Notes under the pieces: generated by a model
The model's input: only the letters and a program-made list of their open reading frames with translations
Databases searched by the model: none
Told to the model about the DNA's origin: nothing
In this document: positions 23,549 through 37,267 of the stretch, in pieces
How the letters are laid out: each line of letters starts with the position of its first letter
How positions within the stretch are numbered: the stretch's first letter is position 1
NCBI RefSeq assembly: GCF_032191835.1
Contig: NC_083240.1
Span: forward strand, 33,728,001 to 33,792,000
Direction: 5' to 3'
DNA from: Heteronotia binoei
Taxonomy: Eukaryota
Length of the DNA: 64,000 nt
Program-made: the position numbers and the translations under genes

Positions 23549-25121
23549 ATTAGTGTAAATGATCCCTTAATTATCCTGGCATTGAAATGGTCAGGATTGC
23601 AACGGTGAAAACCACCACTCTGAATTGTGCCTGAGAACAAACCGATGGCCAATAAGGGTGACTAAGAACTGGCATAATGATTCATATGGTTTATTATTCC
23701 ACTTAACAACATGGCCGGACCAGAGGGATGTCCTAGATTTCTTCAAAGGCAGAGCCTTGTGATACATCACACAGTAGTTTAAGTTGTAACTAAAGAAACG
23801 TCACACTTCATCATTCTACTCTCAAAAAGGGCAAAGGTTGCAATCCAGCTGAAGCACACATTTCTAACCACTCCCTCCGGTTGCATGCACAAACTGTGGG
23901 CCTGGACAGGGAAGGCTTTCTGTCTCTCCCCGTATTAAAATATGCATTCCAAATTAACAGCTGCCTTCAGAAGGAATACTGAAAATGGTTCCAATTGGCT
24001 GGGGCCATTGTTGGTTTCTTCAGAAACCGTCTCACCGTAGCCTCTTGTACTGTCCGCAACCCACTTGGTCCCTGTTATACCATGCCTTCCCAAACTAAGG
24101 CAGTCTCATGCCTTCCCAAACTGACAGCTCCACAAAGTGGAAAGGTCATCTCCAGCCTATCTCATGCCAAAAGAAGAAGAAAAAGAAGACAGGATCTCCA
24201 TGCGGAAAAGAAAAATTCTGCAAAAGAATGCAGATTTATACCCCGCCCTTCTCCCTGAATCAGAGACTCAGAGTGGCTTACAATCTCCTATATCTTCTCC
24301 CCCCACAACAGACACCCTATGAGGTAGGTGGGGCTGAGGGGGCTATCACAGCAGCTGCCTTTTCAAAGACAGCTCTGCGAGAGCTTTGGCTAACCCAAGG
24401 CCATTCCAGCGGCTGTAAGTGGAGGAGTGGGGAATGAAACCTGGTTCTCCCAGATTAGAGTTTGCACACTTAACCACTACACCAAACTGGCTCTCACAGC
24501 TCTGCTCACTCGCAGCTCTGTTCACTCTCATGTGACGTCTTAGCTGAAGCTAACAAAAGGTAACAGCACTGCTGGAGCATTAGGGTTTTGCTTTCTTTAA
24601 CAGACCAGCATGATTACTTATATTTTTTTCCACTTCACAGCAACTTTTCCTTCCATCAGAGCCACTCACACTTTGCCCCCTTTGCTTTAGGCAAGGATCC
24701 TAAGAGACCTGGGTGTGAATCTCCACTTCTGCCACAGAAGCTCACTGGGTTACTATGGTCTCTTTGCAAACTCTCTGCCACGGCTACATCACAGGGGTTT
24801 TGTTGTGGGAAACTGGAGGAGGGGAAAACAATATTCTAAGCTGCTTTGAGCCCCAATTGGGCAGAAAAGCGGAATACAAATAAATAAATGCAAAGCACAA
24901 TGCATATGAAGTAGCAAGGTGAGCCTGCAGGGGAAACAACTGTACTCTTGTAAAGCTGATGAATAGTATATTTATTACTAATGCATTTGCCAAATCTTCA
25001 CATTCTGCAAAAATTGATGGCATTCTGAGAGAACGGACCAAAGGGGGTGTGTGTCCAAAGAAATACCAGCCAAGCTGCAATTCCTCAGCAAGGTTCCAGG
25101 AAGATATAATTTGACTTTTAC

Positions 25122-25291
25122 CTGCAGTGGTGCCTGGCAGGTAGGGCAACGGAAGATACTGTATTTCAATACTCCCCTTCCGGAACTGGATTCCAGCTCA
25201 CTCAGGCAGGCCTGGCACTGACAATCGAAGAAATACTGTGCAAGGAGCTTTCTGCGTCTTTCAGCAGCCCCCATTCTGGACTTGTGAGGTC
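25122..25291 (-). CDS. SMYD4: SMYD4 exon 7 (post-SET: PHKSRMGAAERRRKLLAQYFFDCQCQAC...CPTCQAPLQ)
   Basis: 170 nt; YFFDCxCxAC post-SET motif. Confidence 0.95.
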
Positions 25292-25814
25292 CTGCCACAA
25301 GAGAACAACAATAACACAAAAGGCCAAAGGACATTACAGAGCCAAGAGGAGCAGCAACTCAAAAGGTACAAACTGGTTGACTGTTTCTCTGTTTTAATTT
25401 TTGTAAATTATTTAATGCATTTCACTATTTATTAAGCCGATTGTTGAATTTTATGTTGTGAGCCGCCCTGAGCCCGCCTCAGTGGGGAGGGCGGGATATA
25501 AATCGAATAAGTAAATAAATAAATACTTATGTAGACATCTCAAAACAGGTTGTTGTTTTCTGTCCTCCCAGTTTCCTCCTATCTTTGTTGCATAAGACAC
25601 TGTCATGGATTAGGAACTTCAATGCTTTTTCAGTTGCCCACTACAATTTAGGAGGGATGTCCACTTTATTAAAAAAAAAAGTGCAATTTAATCAACATGT
25701 TTTAAATTGAAGAATAAAGTTTGAGTCCAGTGGCACCTTTAAGGGCAGCAGAGTTTAATTCTGAGTATAAGCTTTTGTGTGCATGCACAAAATTATATAA
25801 TATAATAATAATAA

Positions 25815-26360
25815 TATTTTTTATTTATATCCCGCCCTCCCCGCAAAAGCAGGCTCAGGGCGGCTCACAACACGTAAATACAATGTACAGTAAAACCATA
25901 TACAATAGTTACAATTTCAATTATAAAATCATCCTTAAAATCATTAAAACGTATTAAGATTAACATTATGGTGTTATAGTTAAGATCTTCCATAAAATTC
26001 AGTGACTAAAACGTAAAACATATCCAGCAGGACTTTCTTGGCTCGGTATTAAGTGAAGGCTATTTTAAAGAGGTGGGTCTTGCAGGACCTGCGGAATTGG
26101 TCTAAACAGCGCAGGGCCCGTACCTCCTCCGGGAGTTGGTTCCACAGTAGGGGAGCTGCTATGGAGAAGGCCCGATCCCGGGTGGTCTTCAATCTGGCCT
26201 CCCTTGGCCCAGGGATATTCAGCTGGTTCTTTCCAGCTGACCTCAGCGCTCTCTGGGGTTCATACGGGGAAAGACAGTCCCTCAAGTAGACAGGCTTTAA
26301 AGGTAATAACCATATAGGGCTTTAAAGGTAATAACCAGCACCTTGTAATGAACTCGGTAC
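25815..26360 (-). mobile_element. L2-clade LINE 3' fragment; further L2 pieces at ~42724-43080(+) and ~45590-45810(+)
   Basis: ORF 26049-26285 reads RAFSIAAPLLWNQLP...KTHLF, the L2 ORF2 C-terminus; the 45590 piece has an RT-like HQYVDD. Confidence 0.8.
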
Positions 26361-27890
26361 ACCACGGTACATACGTTGAATAAAACTGTGTTGGTCTTAA
26401 AAGTGCCAGTAGACTCAAACTTTGTCCTGTTGCTTCAGACCAACACACCTGAATCTATTTCAAACTTAAGTTTCTTATGTTCTTATTAAAAGGGAATTAG
26501 ATAGGTTAATGGGGGATAAGTCTATCAATGGCTACTAGCCATGATAACTGAGGGCAACCTCAGAGGCACTAAAGTTCTGAATCCCAGAGCCAGGAGGCAA
26601 CATCAGGGGAAGACCTCACCCTCTATGTTCTGCAAACTGTTTGGGGGCACTGTGTGAGACAGGATGTTGGACTAGACAGACCATTGGTCTGATCCAGCAG
26701 GGCTCTTCTTACATTCTTAAATGCTATGAAATAGCTCTGGGAATGTCAGATTGCAACACCACACATACCAGTCCATTAGCATTGTGCTGGGATGGCTTCT
26801 GTTGTATCCTTTTCAGGGAGAATGGTGGGATAACAAACAAGCACACACATGAAGTTGCCTTACACTGAGTCAGACCACTGGTCCATCAAAATGAATATTA
26901 TCTTCTACTGGCAGTAGTTCTCAGGTATAGGCCTTTCATACCATCTACACTCTGGTTCTTTTAATTGGAGATGCCAGAGATTGAACCTGGGACCTTCTGC
27001 ATGCCAAACAGATGCTCTACCACTCGTTCAACTAAACTGGTTCATGCAAAATCCAAAACCAAGAACAAAATCCATGTATTACCAAATTGAACATGATGAG
27101 CTCATATCTAGAGCTAGTATGCAAATAAGTTCCTACTGGGCTTTTTCTACAAAAACTCCCTGATCTAAGCTTTGTTATCTGCTAAAGGAAGGCGCTTCCA
27201 AAACAGTGGAACAGAAGTTTCCTGCCTTGTGCCTTCCCACCGTAGTCCAAGGATCTCCCCAAAATGCTGTTCCTGGAGAACAAGGGACCCTCAGGAATGG
27301 CAGGAGAGGCAAACTGGGGGTCTGCAGCAGGAATTTAAACCACCCTTTCTGTTAACAGAAAATTTACTCTGGATACAACCTGAAATTTTGCGCACACTCT
27401 TAGTTTTGGTCTGCACTTGCCTATGGCTGGGGTGGGGGAATTGATTGCCTAGAAATATGGTACTGATAACTACTTAAACACTTTTATCCCACTTTTCGAT
27501 TTAGTTGGGCTCTTCTATTGGCTTGAAACTAAGATAATAAATTATAGAAGGATATAAATCATGAAAGAGTGCTGGAAGGAGACTGGAAAACTGTTTTCAA
27601 ATTCATAAGGACTGGCTTCTACGCAGGAATTTGAAAGTAACTCCCCCCTCCCCTCCCCATTTTCTTCCAAGGCTTTCTTCAGGGCTCAGCACAGAAAATA
27701 ACGGGGCCAATCCACAGAACTGAGGCCTTGTGCCCCATTTTCAGTAAAGAAGTGGGCAGGGAATTAAAGACAGTGAAAGCAGAAGCCAAAGATCTGCCCC
27801 ACTGCATGCTTTGATTCTGCTCAACAGGACACAGCTCTCAAGCATTCCACTACCTGCTTCCTTCCGGAAAAGACTATGGCAGTTACTTAC

Positions 27891-28073
27891 CGTAACAGTG
27901 GAGAATCTCTTGCCCTTTGGCGACAGGTTGCAAAGCCCTGATCTCAGCGGTGCTGCTGCTAAAAGTCACGGTGATGTTTGGGTCACAGGAATGGTTCAGT
28001 AGGCTGACCACGGGGAAGAGTGCCACAGCCAAGCGTACCTGCTTCTTGCTAGTAACCAGTTTATCTCCAGATC
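27891..28073 (-). CDS. SMYD4: SMYD4 exon 6 (SET C-terminal half: LLNHSCDPN...GQEILHCYG)
   Basis: 183 nt; NHSC and EI..CYG SET catalytic motifs. Confidence 0.96.
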
Positions 28074-28147
28074 CTGGTGGGTGGAAGCAAGAATGGTTTC
28101 CGTGAGAGAGCCAGCAGAGCCTGCAGGCTGTTAAGAATGCCTTAGAG

Positions 28148-28661
28148 TAGGGTTGCCAAGTCCAATTCAAGAAATATCTGGGGACTTTGGGGGTGGAGCC
28201 AGGAGACTTTGAGGGTGGAGACAGGAGCAAAGTTGTGACAAGCACACTTGAACTCCAAAGGGCGTTAGTCATCACATATAAAGGTTCCGCACACCTTTTA
28301 AATGCCTTCCTTCCGTTAGAAATAATGAAGGATAGGGCACCTTCTTTTGGAGCTCATAGAATTGGACCCCCTGGTCCAATCCTTTTGAAACTTGAAGCGT
28401 GTTTTGAGGAGAGGCATTGGATGCTATGCTGCAAATTTGGTGCCTCTACCAAAAAAACCCCAGTCCAACCCCTCCCCCAGAGCCCCACATACCCGCGGAT
28501 CAATTCTCCATTATACCCTATGGGAATTGGTCTCCATAGGGAATAATGGAGTGTCTAGGAGACATTTTCCTCCCCCCCCACCCTTTCTGATGACCCTGAA
28601 GTGGGGGAAGGGCCTCCAAACTGGGGGCTCTCTTGCCCCCACCTGGGGATTGTGCAACCAA
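28148..28661. mobile_element. TAGGGTTGCC-terminus element, third interior type
   Basis: First ~170 bp shared with the 9978 copy; degenerate right TIR. Confidence 0.7.
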
Positions 28662-28695
28662 CAAAGAGCAATGTGGTTAATGGAGCAAGAAAAAC

Positions 28696-29212
28696 AGGTT
28701 AACAAACCTCTGTAAACCAGCCTCAACAAATATACAAACTTTGATTTACTTAGTAACATACAAAAATTCTTCCAAATACTAAACAATGTAATTTCATTGA
28801 AAAGTGCATGTAACATCCACCCCTCACCCAAAGTCACTGAAAGGGCAAGTAAATGTCTGAAATTCCTTAGAAGATGGGTGCAGGTAGTAATTCCACAGGT
28901 ACAATTTTCCACAGAGACCAACGCTCCTGATGAGTTCTTCTGCACAGCAAGGCACGAAGAATGATATGTGACGCGGCTGTACTTATTCCGCGTTTCGCAA
29001 TTGCTTCCACGAGCTTTCAAAAAATATCATATGGTTCAAATGCTGATGCTTAGTCAGTCACTTCCATTCAGTAAAACTGACCATACTTTGTGACTTATGC
29101 ACTTTTCAATGAAATGACATTGTTTAGTATTTGAAACAATTTTTGTATGTTACTTAGTAAATCAAAGTTTGTACATTTTTTGAGGCTGGCTTACCCGGAG
29201 GTTTGTTAACCT
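28696..29212. repeat. Long inverted repeat (~114-bp arms, ~90% identical) in SMYD4 intron 5
   Basis: Arms 28696-28809 and 29097-29212 aligned by hand. Confidence 0.85.
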
Positions 29213-29313
29213 TTTCTCCTGCCCCACCTGGCAGCCCTACTTTAGAGCCATCATTAGTCCCTCCTCCCATACCTCAGCCTGCACCCACCTGTTCAAGCGA
29301 ACCCAGCACTGAC

Positions 29314-30436
29314 CTGACTTCCGCACCGTAGTGATGGCCTGTGCATTGCACCGTAGCTGCAACACATGTTTCAGCATGGCCTCCCCCAAGATCTCCAGCT
29401 CAGGAGATGCCTCAGCAGGTGTTGCTCCTTCCTGGCTCTCAGGTGGACTCTTTTCCCAAACCAGAGCTGCCAGGCTGGACTCTCCAAGTCTCTTGCACAA
29501 GGCTGCTACACTCAGGCTGCAGAGGAACAGGAATTCCGGACTATGCTTTTTAGCGTGAGACAGAAGGCTGAAGATGGCTCGGTAGGAGCTGCGGTACTGC
29601 CCTTCAGCGTCACAACCAGACACGGAGGAGGCCGAGTCCTGCTCCTTGGAAGTTGAGGCTTTGGCAGCGTTCGCCTCACCTGAGTTCTCTCCATGTGACT
29701 GCCCGGCTAAAGTACAAATCTCGGCAAAACCGGCCACCAGAATAGCTCGAAAGGCCACGTGGCAGAAAACTCCCAGCGTGAGAAGAAGTCCCCCAAGGGA
29801 GCATTCTCTCTGGTGGTAATTCTCCCATGCCAGCTGTGCACACATCTGGCTACAGTACTTGGCATAACTGCAGCCCTGGCAAGGAATGGAAGTCAGCAAC
29901 TGCCTTAAGCAATGGTGGCAGTGAAGATCTTCGTTGTCAAGTGGCTCATCCATTGCTGCCTCAGCGCTGCCTTGGAGTAAGAGGCTTTCTCCTGGGAGCA
30001 GGACGCTCACAAATGCCTCCTCCCTCACTAAGACTTCCCCAGGCAGAATATCCCTGGCAGCAACCAAGTGGCGCCCTTTGCCCGGGGAGACTCTCAAGCA
30101 CACTGCTGCGGAGGCACATGAAATCCTGCTGTTTTCCTCCCAGGGCTCAAGGACCTCCTGGGCACTACTGGGCATGGTGGGCTGACGGACAAAGGCGCTG
30201 TTGTCCTTGCAGGCTTTCGCTTTCAGCTGCCTGAGTTTACTGAGCAGCCCCTGGTGGCTGTCAGGAGCTGGACTTTGATCCTCAGACATTTCACTCTCCA
30301 AACCGGAGAGCACTTCAGCCCCTTCCTGGGACCTCCCTAGACAAAGGAGGCATTCCACTTTCCGCAGCAAGATCTTAGGGTGCAATCTCTGTGGGTAGCC
30401 CTCTGCCAGAGCCCTCCCAATGTCTTCCAGACACAC
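29314..30436 (-). CDS. SMYD4: SMYD4 exon 5 (TPR end, SET N-terminal half, MYND zinc finger)
   Basis: 1123 nt inside ORF 29237-30475; KGRHLVAARDILPGE; CHHC...PCQGCSYAKYCS...C...H..EC; LQLRCNAQAI. Confidence 0.97.
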
Positions 30437-31385
30437 CTGCAGAAGAAGAAAAACAATGCTGGGAAAGCCTCTCACAGTGTCCGAATGCTGTGATGTATCA
30501 TGGCCTAATTATATGACGATGTGTCAGCTAAGGACAAACTCTCCCCTTTGCCTTCATTTGCTAACATTCCTGTCAGAAGAAAGTTCCACGAGGACTATTT
30601 AACACTTGCATTTTGTGGCCACCCAGACACTGTCAAGACCCCTCCAGGGCTGCATTCAGACCCAGGAATGGACTGTCTGTTCAAAGAGCAGCTGGAGGAG
30701 CTGGAACCACCGCTGGGGTTCAGGAGGTCACTGCTAGCATCACCAGACTCCACTCCACACACCCCCAGTCACGAGCCCCTGGATCCCAAGACCTCAGGCA
30801 AAGGGTCTGCTTCTGAAGCCTCTGCACCAGGAAATGCTGCTAACTCCCCATCCCCTCCGGGCACCCACTGTAAACTGCTTGCCCCCCAAGTTCTTCCCCT
30901 CAAAACCAGGAACCGCAAAGACAAGAGACCTGAAAGGAAAGAGCCTAACAACAAATAAATGCCCGCCCTGTGGCTCCTGCTGTAGCCATCAAAGGAGATC
31001 TCTGCTCTAAATTCTCTTCAGAACCAGAGCCCAACTAAGTCTTGGCATGACTGGGCAGACCTTTCAGGATGTTTAAGCCTTAGACTGAGCTGGGAGCCCT
31101 GCTGGTTCAACTAGCCTCTATGACTAGCATGAAGCCTTGACTCAGTTCCCTGGCAAGCGACCCAGTCCTTGGAGCTGCCCTGACTAGTAGATCCCAGCCA
31201 CTGGCTGTTGAGTGCACCCTTGCTCCTGGGAAGCCCACGGCCAACTCCAGCCCTCTCTGCATACAGACAGAGCAGAAATCCTTAGCAGCAACGAAGGACC
31301 TTGTGCAGCAAGGATGTAAACAACACCTTCAGTTTATTCACTGGGGTTGAAGCCTCCCTTAAACTAACTCAAAGCCCAGCTTAGC

Positions 31386-31572
31386 CTCATCTCATCAGAG
31401 TTCAGAAGCTAAGCAAGGTTGGTCAGGGCCAGTACTCGGGTGGGAGACCACCAAGAAAGACCAATGGGGTGGGAGGCAACGGCAAATCACCTTAGCTATT
31501 CTCTTGCCTTGAAATTCCCCTGGTCCTGGGGGGAATTCGCTTACTATGAGTCAGTTGTAACTTGATGCTACA
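31386..31572 (+). mobile_element. 5S rRNA-derived SINE (SINE3 type); other copies at ~11040-11125(-), 20485-20680(-), 53490-53600(-), 54780-54885(-)
   Basis: Head resembles 5S rRNA (GAAGCTAAGCAGGGT...AGTACTTGGATGGGAGACC), followed by a Sauria-like tail. Confidence 0.7.
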
Positions 31573-32192
31573 CAGTTATTATTAAACAGGGTTACAAAAA
31601 TCAATTGGCAAGTCACAGTAGCACCTGCACTGCCTCTCCTCCTGTTTCATTGTGAAGAGCTGTCGCTGCACAGTACTTAAGAGCTATGATTCAGTATGTG
31701 CCAAGGACAGCTGCTGCTCCCACAGCCTCATCCCTCTACCTGCAATACAGGGCGTGTGACACAGGTTTGTCCGATAAATGTTTTGCAAATATTGCAGAGG
31801 CAAGACCTGCAAGCAGGACCGGCCCTGCCACTAGACAAACTAGGCAACTGCCCAGGGCGCCAGACTTCTGGGGGCACCGGATTGGGTGCCCCCTGTGGGA
31901 CTTGGTGATGTTATCAGTGCAGTAGTGGGCCCCAAAAGTTAGCCTTTCCTAGGGTGCCGGACAGTCTAGGGCCAGCCCTGCCTGCAGGTGTTGAGTAGCT
32001 CCCCCAGGCTGTCCCATGAGGGCACGTTCCTATCTGCAGGAGAGTGCCCGCCATGCAAGGCAGGCCAGGGGAGACATTATGCCTTGCTGCTGACTTTAGG
32101 AGCAGAGAGCGGACTGTGGTGTTGAAGTCTGTCAGGCTAGGCAGAAAGAGCAAGTGTATTCTTCTTTCCTGGGCAAGTGAATTCCAGCTCAC

Positions 32193-32282
32193 CTCAAACT
32201 CGTCCAGGTGAAAAAGGGCTGCTGAGCGGTTGGCGTAACACACTGCCCTTTCTGGAGTGCTGACCTCTGTGTGGGACAACGC
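32193..32282 (-). CDS. SMYD4: SMYD4 exon 4 (ALSHTEVSTPERAVCYANRSAALFHLDEFE)
   Basis: 90 nt; TPR motif ANRSAALFHL. Confidence 0.95.
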
Positions 32283-33432
32283 CTGGCAAGATCAGAAAGA
32301 TGAGTCAAGCATCAGCATGGTTTGAGCAGGCAAAGAAGTCGCTGCTTGCCTCCCTCCCAATCGCAGGAATAATTCTGTTTGCCGTGAAATAATGACTGAA
32401 GAGAACCTGAACCGAACCAAACACTCAACTGCTTCCTATACTCAGCTTTGGTCTATTTTCCCATCATCTACATTAAAAGGCAGCTGATGCCTTTCAAACT
32501 ACTTTCTTATTCTGCGATACAAAAGCCTTTAGCGGAAAAGAAGACTCCAGGCACTTAACAGTTCACTCGCATGACAGAAGCCACAGACATGCAGCCTGCC
32601 AGCCCAGATCCACTTCCATGCCGTGTGGGCAGCAGGTGTATGTTGAGTTACAGTTTCAGTTCTGTGCTGTGGTAGCCCCAGTTTTCTGCTTCTGTGTATG
32701 TGGAGCACAATGAGGCCAATGATGTGTAAACAGTTAGTAGGACAAAACCTGCATCCATATATGGTGAGAAGTCTCCATTTCCCTGGAATCTCCTCTTCCC
32801 TGCTCTGCTGGGAAGGCTTTTTCAGGTTATTGATATTGCATAGTAATGTTAGAATGCTCTCTGGCCACAATCTAACAGTTCCTATTAGGGCTTTTTTTTG
32901 CACAAAAAGCCCAGCAGGAACTCATTTGCATATCAGGCTATACCCCTTGATGTCTCCATTGTTTCACACAAGGCTTTTTTTGTGAGAAAAGCCCAGCAGG
33001 AACTCATTTGCATATTAGGGCACACCTCCTGCTGCCAAGCCAGCCGGAACTGCGTTCCTGTGCATTCCTGCTCAAAAAAGGCCCTGGTTCCTATGAATTC
33101 CCAGCTTTCTTTCTTTTTTACATTAAGCCTCTAGCCATGTTGGTTGCACAATAGCAATTTTTTTTTTGTACCATTTGTGGGTGCTGTGGGGAAAACAGCA
33201 GCCAAAAAGACTGATGGAAGGAAAAAGGCATCAGCATGGCAGGACTTTTGAAATATGCACTTGCCCCACCCAGACAGCTTGCTAATACACTTGGACTGTA
33301 TTTCTTTCTGGAAAGATTATGCCAAACCAGGTTTGAGAGTTTCCCAAGGGCAGGGAAAGCCCGAAAACAAGATGATTACAGGACAGCGTTGTGTGGATAA
33401 ACAAAAAAACCTTCTGCAGTCTGGCAGAGAAC

Positions 33433-33651
33433 TGGGGTTGCCAGCCTCCAGGTGGGGCCTGGAGATCTCCTGCTTTTACAACTGATCTCCAGCCAGCAGA
33501 AATCAGGTCCCCTGGAAAAAATGGCTGCTTTGAAGGGTAGACTCTATAGCACTGTATCAGGCTGAAGCTTCTCCCCTCTCCAAACTCTGCCTTCTCCTGG
33601 ATCCACCCCCAAAGTCTCAAGGTATTTTCCAATACAGACCTGGCAACCCTA
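33433..33651. mobile_element. Short TAGGGTTGCCA MITE; related copies at ~672-1095, 8436-8628, 12042-12245, 16108-16327, 36736-36966
   Basis: Perfect 8-bp TSD CAGAGAAC at this copy; other copies are recognised by shared internal sequence. Confidence 0.75.
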
Positions 33652-36600
33652 CAGAGAACCCACATGTGGATGACACTACAGAATGTTCATATGAAGCAAC
33701 TGGAATGCCACTTTTGGGGGGAAAGATCTCCAAAAAGAAGGGAAACTGTAGCTACAGGGACCCTTGATTATGTGAGCACAAAACATCTGACTGTACAATG
33801 TCTGCACTGATCATACAGCCAGAAAGTAAAGGCAGCAGACTTATCTTATGGTTTTCAGAGCATGGTTGAAAGAGTATGTGCCTTAATACTTCTCTTTATC
33901 TGAAGGATTTTTTAAAATATCAGAATTTCCTAGGTTTGTTTCTTTCTTTCCTTTCTCACCTGAGCCACCTGTGGTGAGGAGGAGGGACTAACAGTGGTAA
34001 TCAGTGTTCCCTCTAAGCTGAGTTAGCAAGAGGTAGCTCACAGATTTTTAACCTCCAGCTCATACATTTTTGTCTTAGCTCAGGAAAAATGGCCCTAGAG
34101 CACAATAATTGATGCATTAGCTCACAACTTTAATGCCAGCAGCTCACAAAGTAGAATTTTTGCTCACAAGACTCTGCAGCTTAGCGGGAACATTGGTGGT
34201 AATGCTTTATTTTTTTTCCTGGTCCCCTTACAGAATGCAATAGATCAACATTTCTATGCAGCATTTTTAAAAAAGTAAACTCCCTTCAAAACTCAGAAGA
34301 GGCATCGTATGCCACGGGTTCCCAAACTTTTGAAGCCTGCAGGCACATTTGGCATTCTGATGCAGCCTGGTGGGTGCGGCAACAAAATGGCTACTGCAGG
34401 AGGCGGAGCCAGCCGTGACTGCCACAACTTCACTTCAGTCACACAGTGCGGCTCCTTGTGGGAGCAGCTGCGGCGAAAGCAACATTTTAAAAAATCTGCA
34501 CAGCCAATCAAATTTCCAGTAAATCAGAAGCCTTGCTGGGCAAAAGCTCTACCTGGCCCCACCCACTTCCTAAAAACAATGGGTGCCACGGCACCCAGGG
34601 GCAGCACACTGGGCTCCCTTGTCTTATATATTCCTTAAATAAAGCAAAATGAACGTGTGCCAAAACCAGATTTTGTATAACTATTATAACAGCCATTTCA
34701 CATTAGGAATTCTCCTAAATTCGTTCAGATTATGCTTTTCGGGGAGGTTCTCTGTGCTAAATTCCATCTTGATGGACAAATAGCCTGGATTTTATGATGC
34801 CAGCAGAATATTCAGGCAGTACAGAATGCTGAAAATCTGCTAGCTTCAGTGTACAGCAGTGTAATAAAAGAAAAAAGCCTCTCTCTCTCTCCTCTTATCT
34901 AGATTTGGAGCTGCTCAGTTTGAAGTGCAGTAATGAGACAATCTTAGCTAAAGCACAATCCGTGCCGATACAGGGAAGCAGACAATCCATGCAAAACCAG
35001 AGTTCATCAAAGAATCTTCCAGCCGGTACCACCCCTGGTGATGGACTTGCACTATGAAGTAGCAGGAACAAAGGCATGATTAAATCAAACAATTGAAATG
35101 AATTTCAAAATTATTCAACCGTCATGGCTCCTTAGGAAGAAACTCTGTCAATTATACTTCTCTGAGGGAATGCAATACATTCACCAAATTACAGTTCCTA
35201 GGATGCTTTTGTGGAAAGCTGTGAAAGGTAAAGCACATTTAAGCTGCTTTAAATCTGTAATGTAAATTTCTCCCTAGAAGCTAAAATAACTAAACTGAGG
35301 CTATCGTGCTCTGGTCACATCATGAGAAGACAAGACTCACTGGAAAAGACTGTTACATTTACTGGTATAGTAAACCAGGAAACTGTATTAATTTAGCCAA
35401 GTGTGCTATTGACTATATGCAGCAGTTGCTGCTTTGTTCTCTATGTGCTAGCAAAGTTATAGAGTTACACAAAGCCACTTGTCAGTTTCTGGCCCTTTCT
35501 TACATGTCCAGGGAAATGTCAATTGCCACTGTGGGATCAGGAAGGAATTTTCTCCAGGCCAGTTTGGCCAGGGATCTTGGAGGTTTTTGCCATCTCCTGG
35601 GCACGGAGCAGGGGTCACTGGGGATGCTGGGAGGGAGGTAGTTGTGAATTTCCTGCATTATGCAGGGGGTTGGACTAGATGACCCTGGAGGTCCCTTACA
35701 ATTTATGATTTAGCAAACTCCATTCTAGATAGGATACGTGAGAGACAAAAACAGAATCTATTTTAACTACCTGGATGAATGCAAATGGAGACTGCATCCA
35801 TGGTGCCAAAGATAGAAAGCAAACATGCTCCTTCTTTGTATGTGGAAGAGAGAAAACGGAAGGAAGGAATTCCCTGAGAGTATCAGTCTACACATCAAAG
35901 GGACAGAGGCAGAAGAGTAAACAGGAAGAATTCTCACAGTTAGCCTATCTATCTATTTGACTCTCTTGTAATCCCCATTGGAGGTTCAGGTTAAGAGATA
36001 GTGTCTGGTCCTTCTCTTCCAACAAAGACAAGCTCGATTTGAGTCCAGTAGCACTTTAGAGACCAACAGGATTTTTTGGGGGAGCTTTTGAAAGTCAAAG
36101 CTTTCTTTGTCAGATACAAGCAGCAATGGAGATCCATCAGTCTGGATGAGTGTTGCAAAGAAAAGAGTCAGAATGCAGAGGTTAAAGACCAGTGTTCCCT
36201 CTAGTGGGAGCTAACTCAGATTGTTAGCCTTCAGCACACACATTTTTGTCTCAGCTCAGGAAAGATGACCCCAGAGCACAATAATTCATGCAGTAGCTCA
36301 CAACTTTAATGCCAGTGGCTTAGAAAGTAGAATTTTTGCTCCCAAGACTCCACAGCTTAGAGGGAACATTGGTAAAGACAATAACACTGAGAAAAGTAGA
36401 AGACAGTAGGAAAAGACAAAGACCCAACATGAGATAGACTGACTCAAAAAAGGAAGCCATGGCCTTTCGTTTGCAAGCCCTAAGCAAGACTGTTCATGGC
36501 AGCAAATACTGGAGGTCGTTAACTCACAGGGTCACTGTAAGTCGGAAACAACTAGACATTACATAACATGCAATTACTGTGAGCAATCAGCCCAAATTAG

Positions 36601-37010
36601 TCTATAATGTACGAGCCTGTGGATGGAATACAGGGCAGGAAACTTGGACTAGAAGCTGGAAAAATAGTGAATGCCTGTAACTGCACAGACACAGTAGTAA
36701 TTTACATCAGTTTGGCTTCCAACAAGTGCTATGCCTAGGGTTGCCAGGTCCCCCTGGTCACTGGTGGAGGATGGGGTGTAGGGTTGTCAGCTCTAGGTCG
36801 GGAAACTCCTGGGGATTTGGGGATGGAAGGAGAACAGGGACCCCAGTGGTCTATAAAGTCCATCCTCCAGAGCATCCATTTTCTCCAGGGGAACTGATTG
36901 CCATAGTCTGGAAATACACCATAATTCTGGGCAATTCCCCAGTCCCACCTCAAGGCTGGCATTCTGTCTGAAGCTTGGGCTGCAGCACCCTCATCCCACC
37001 AAGACTTTAC

Positions 37011-37155
37011 CTTGGAATAAAGCATCCCTGCCATTTGGTACTGCTTCTTCTGAAATCTCTCATTCCCTTCTGCTTTATAGAGCAGTGCCATTCTAGGATC
37101 TTTCTTCACACAGTAGTTCCTGGCCAGGTGATGCAAATACTCTTCATCCTCAGGC
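37011..37155 (-). CDS. SMYD4: SMYD4 exon 3 (PEDEEYLHHLARNYCVKKD...EGNERFQKKQYQMAGMLYSK)
   Basis: 145 nt; TPR EGN..F motif; splice sites consistent. Confidence 0.93.
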
Positions 37156-37267
37156 CTACAGGGAAGAAACAGCAAGGGAGCGCTGAACCTGGAGAGCAGC
37201 AGATTCAGCAGAGAAGGTTCTGGGCAACATCAGCGTTCAGATCAGCTGTGTTTGTGGAAAGACTTAC

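Noticed and set aside
28925-28970. CTGATGAG...CGAAG hammerhead-like string on the + strand
   Set aside because: No stem II pairing, and GAAG instead of GAAA.
30521-30958. 145-aa ORF antisense to SMYD4 intron 4
   Set aside because: Pro/Ser-rich, no recognisable homology or splice/promoter support; within chance for GC-rich DNA.
31386-31460. Possible 5S rRNA genes
   Set aside because: Partial, diverged and fused to SINE tails.
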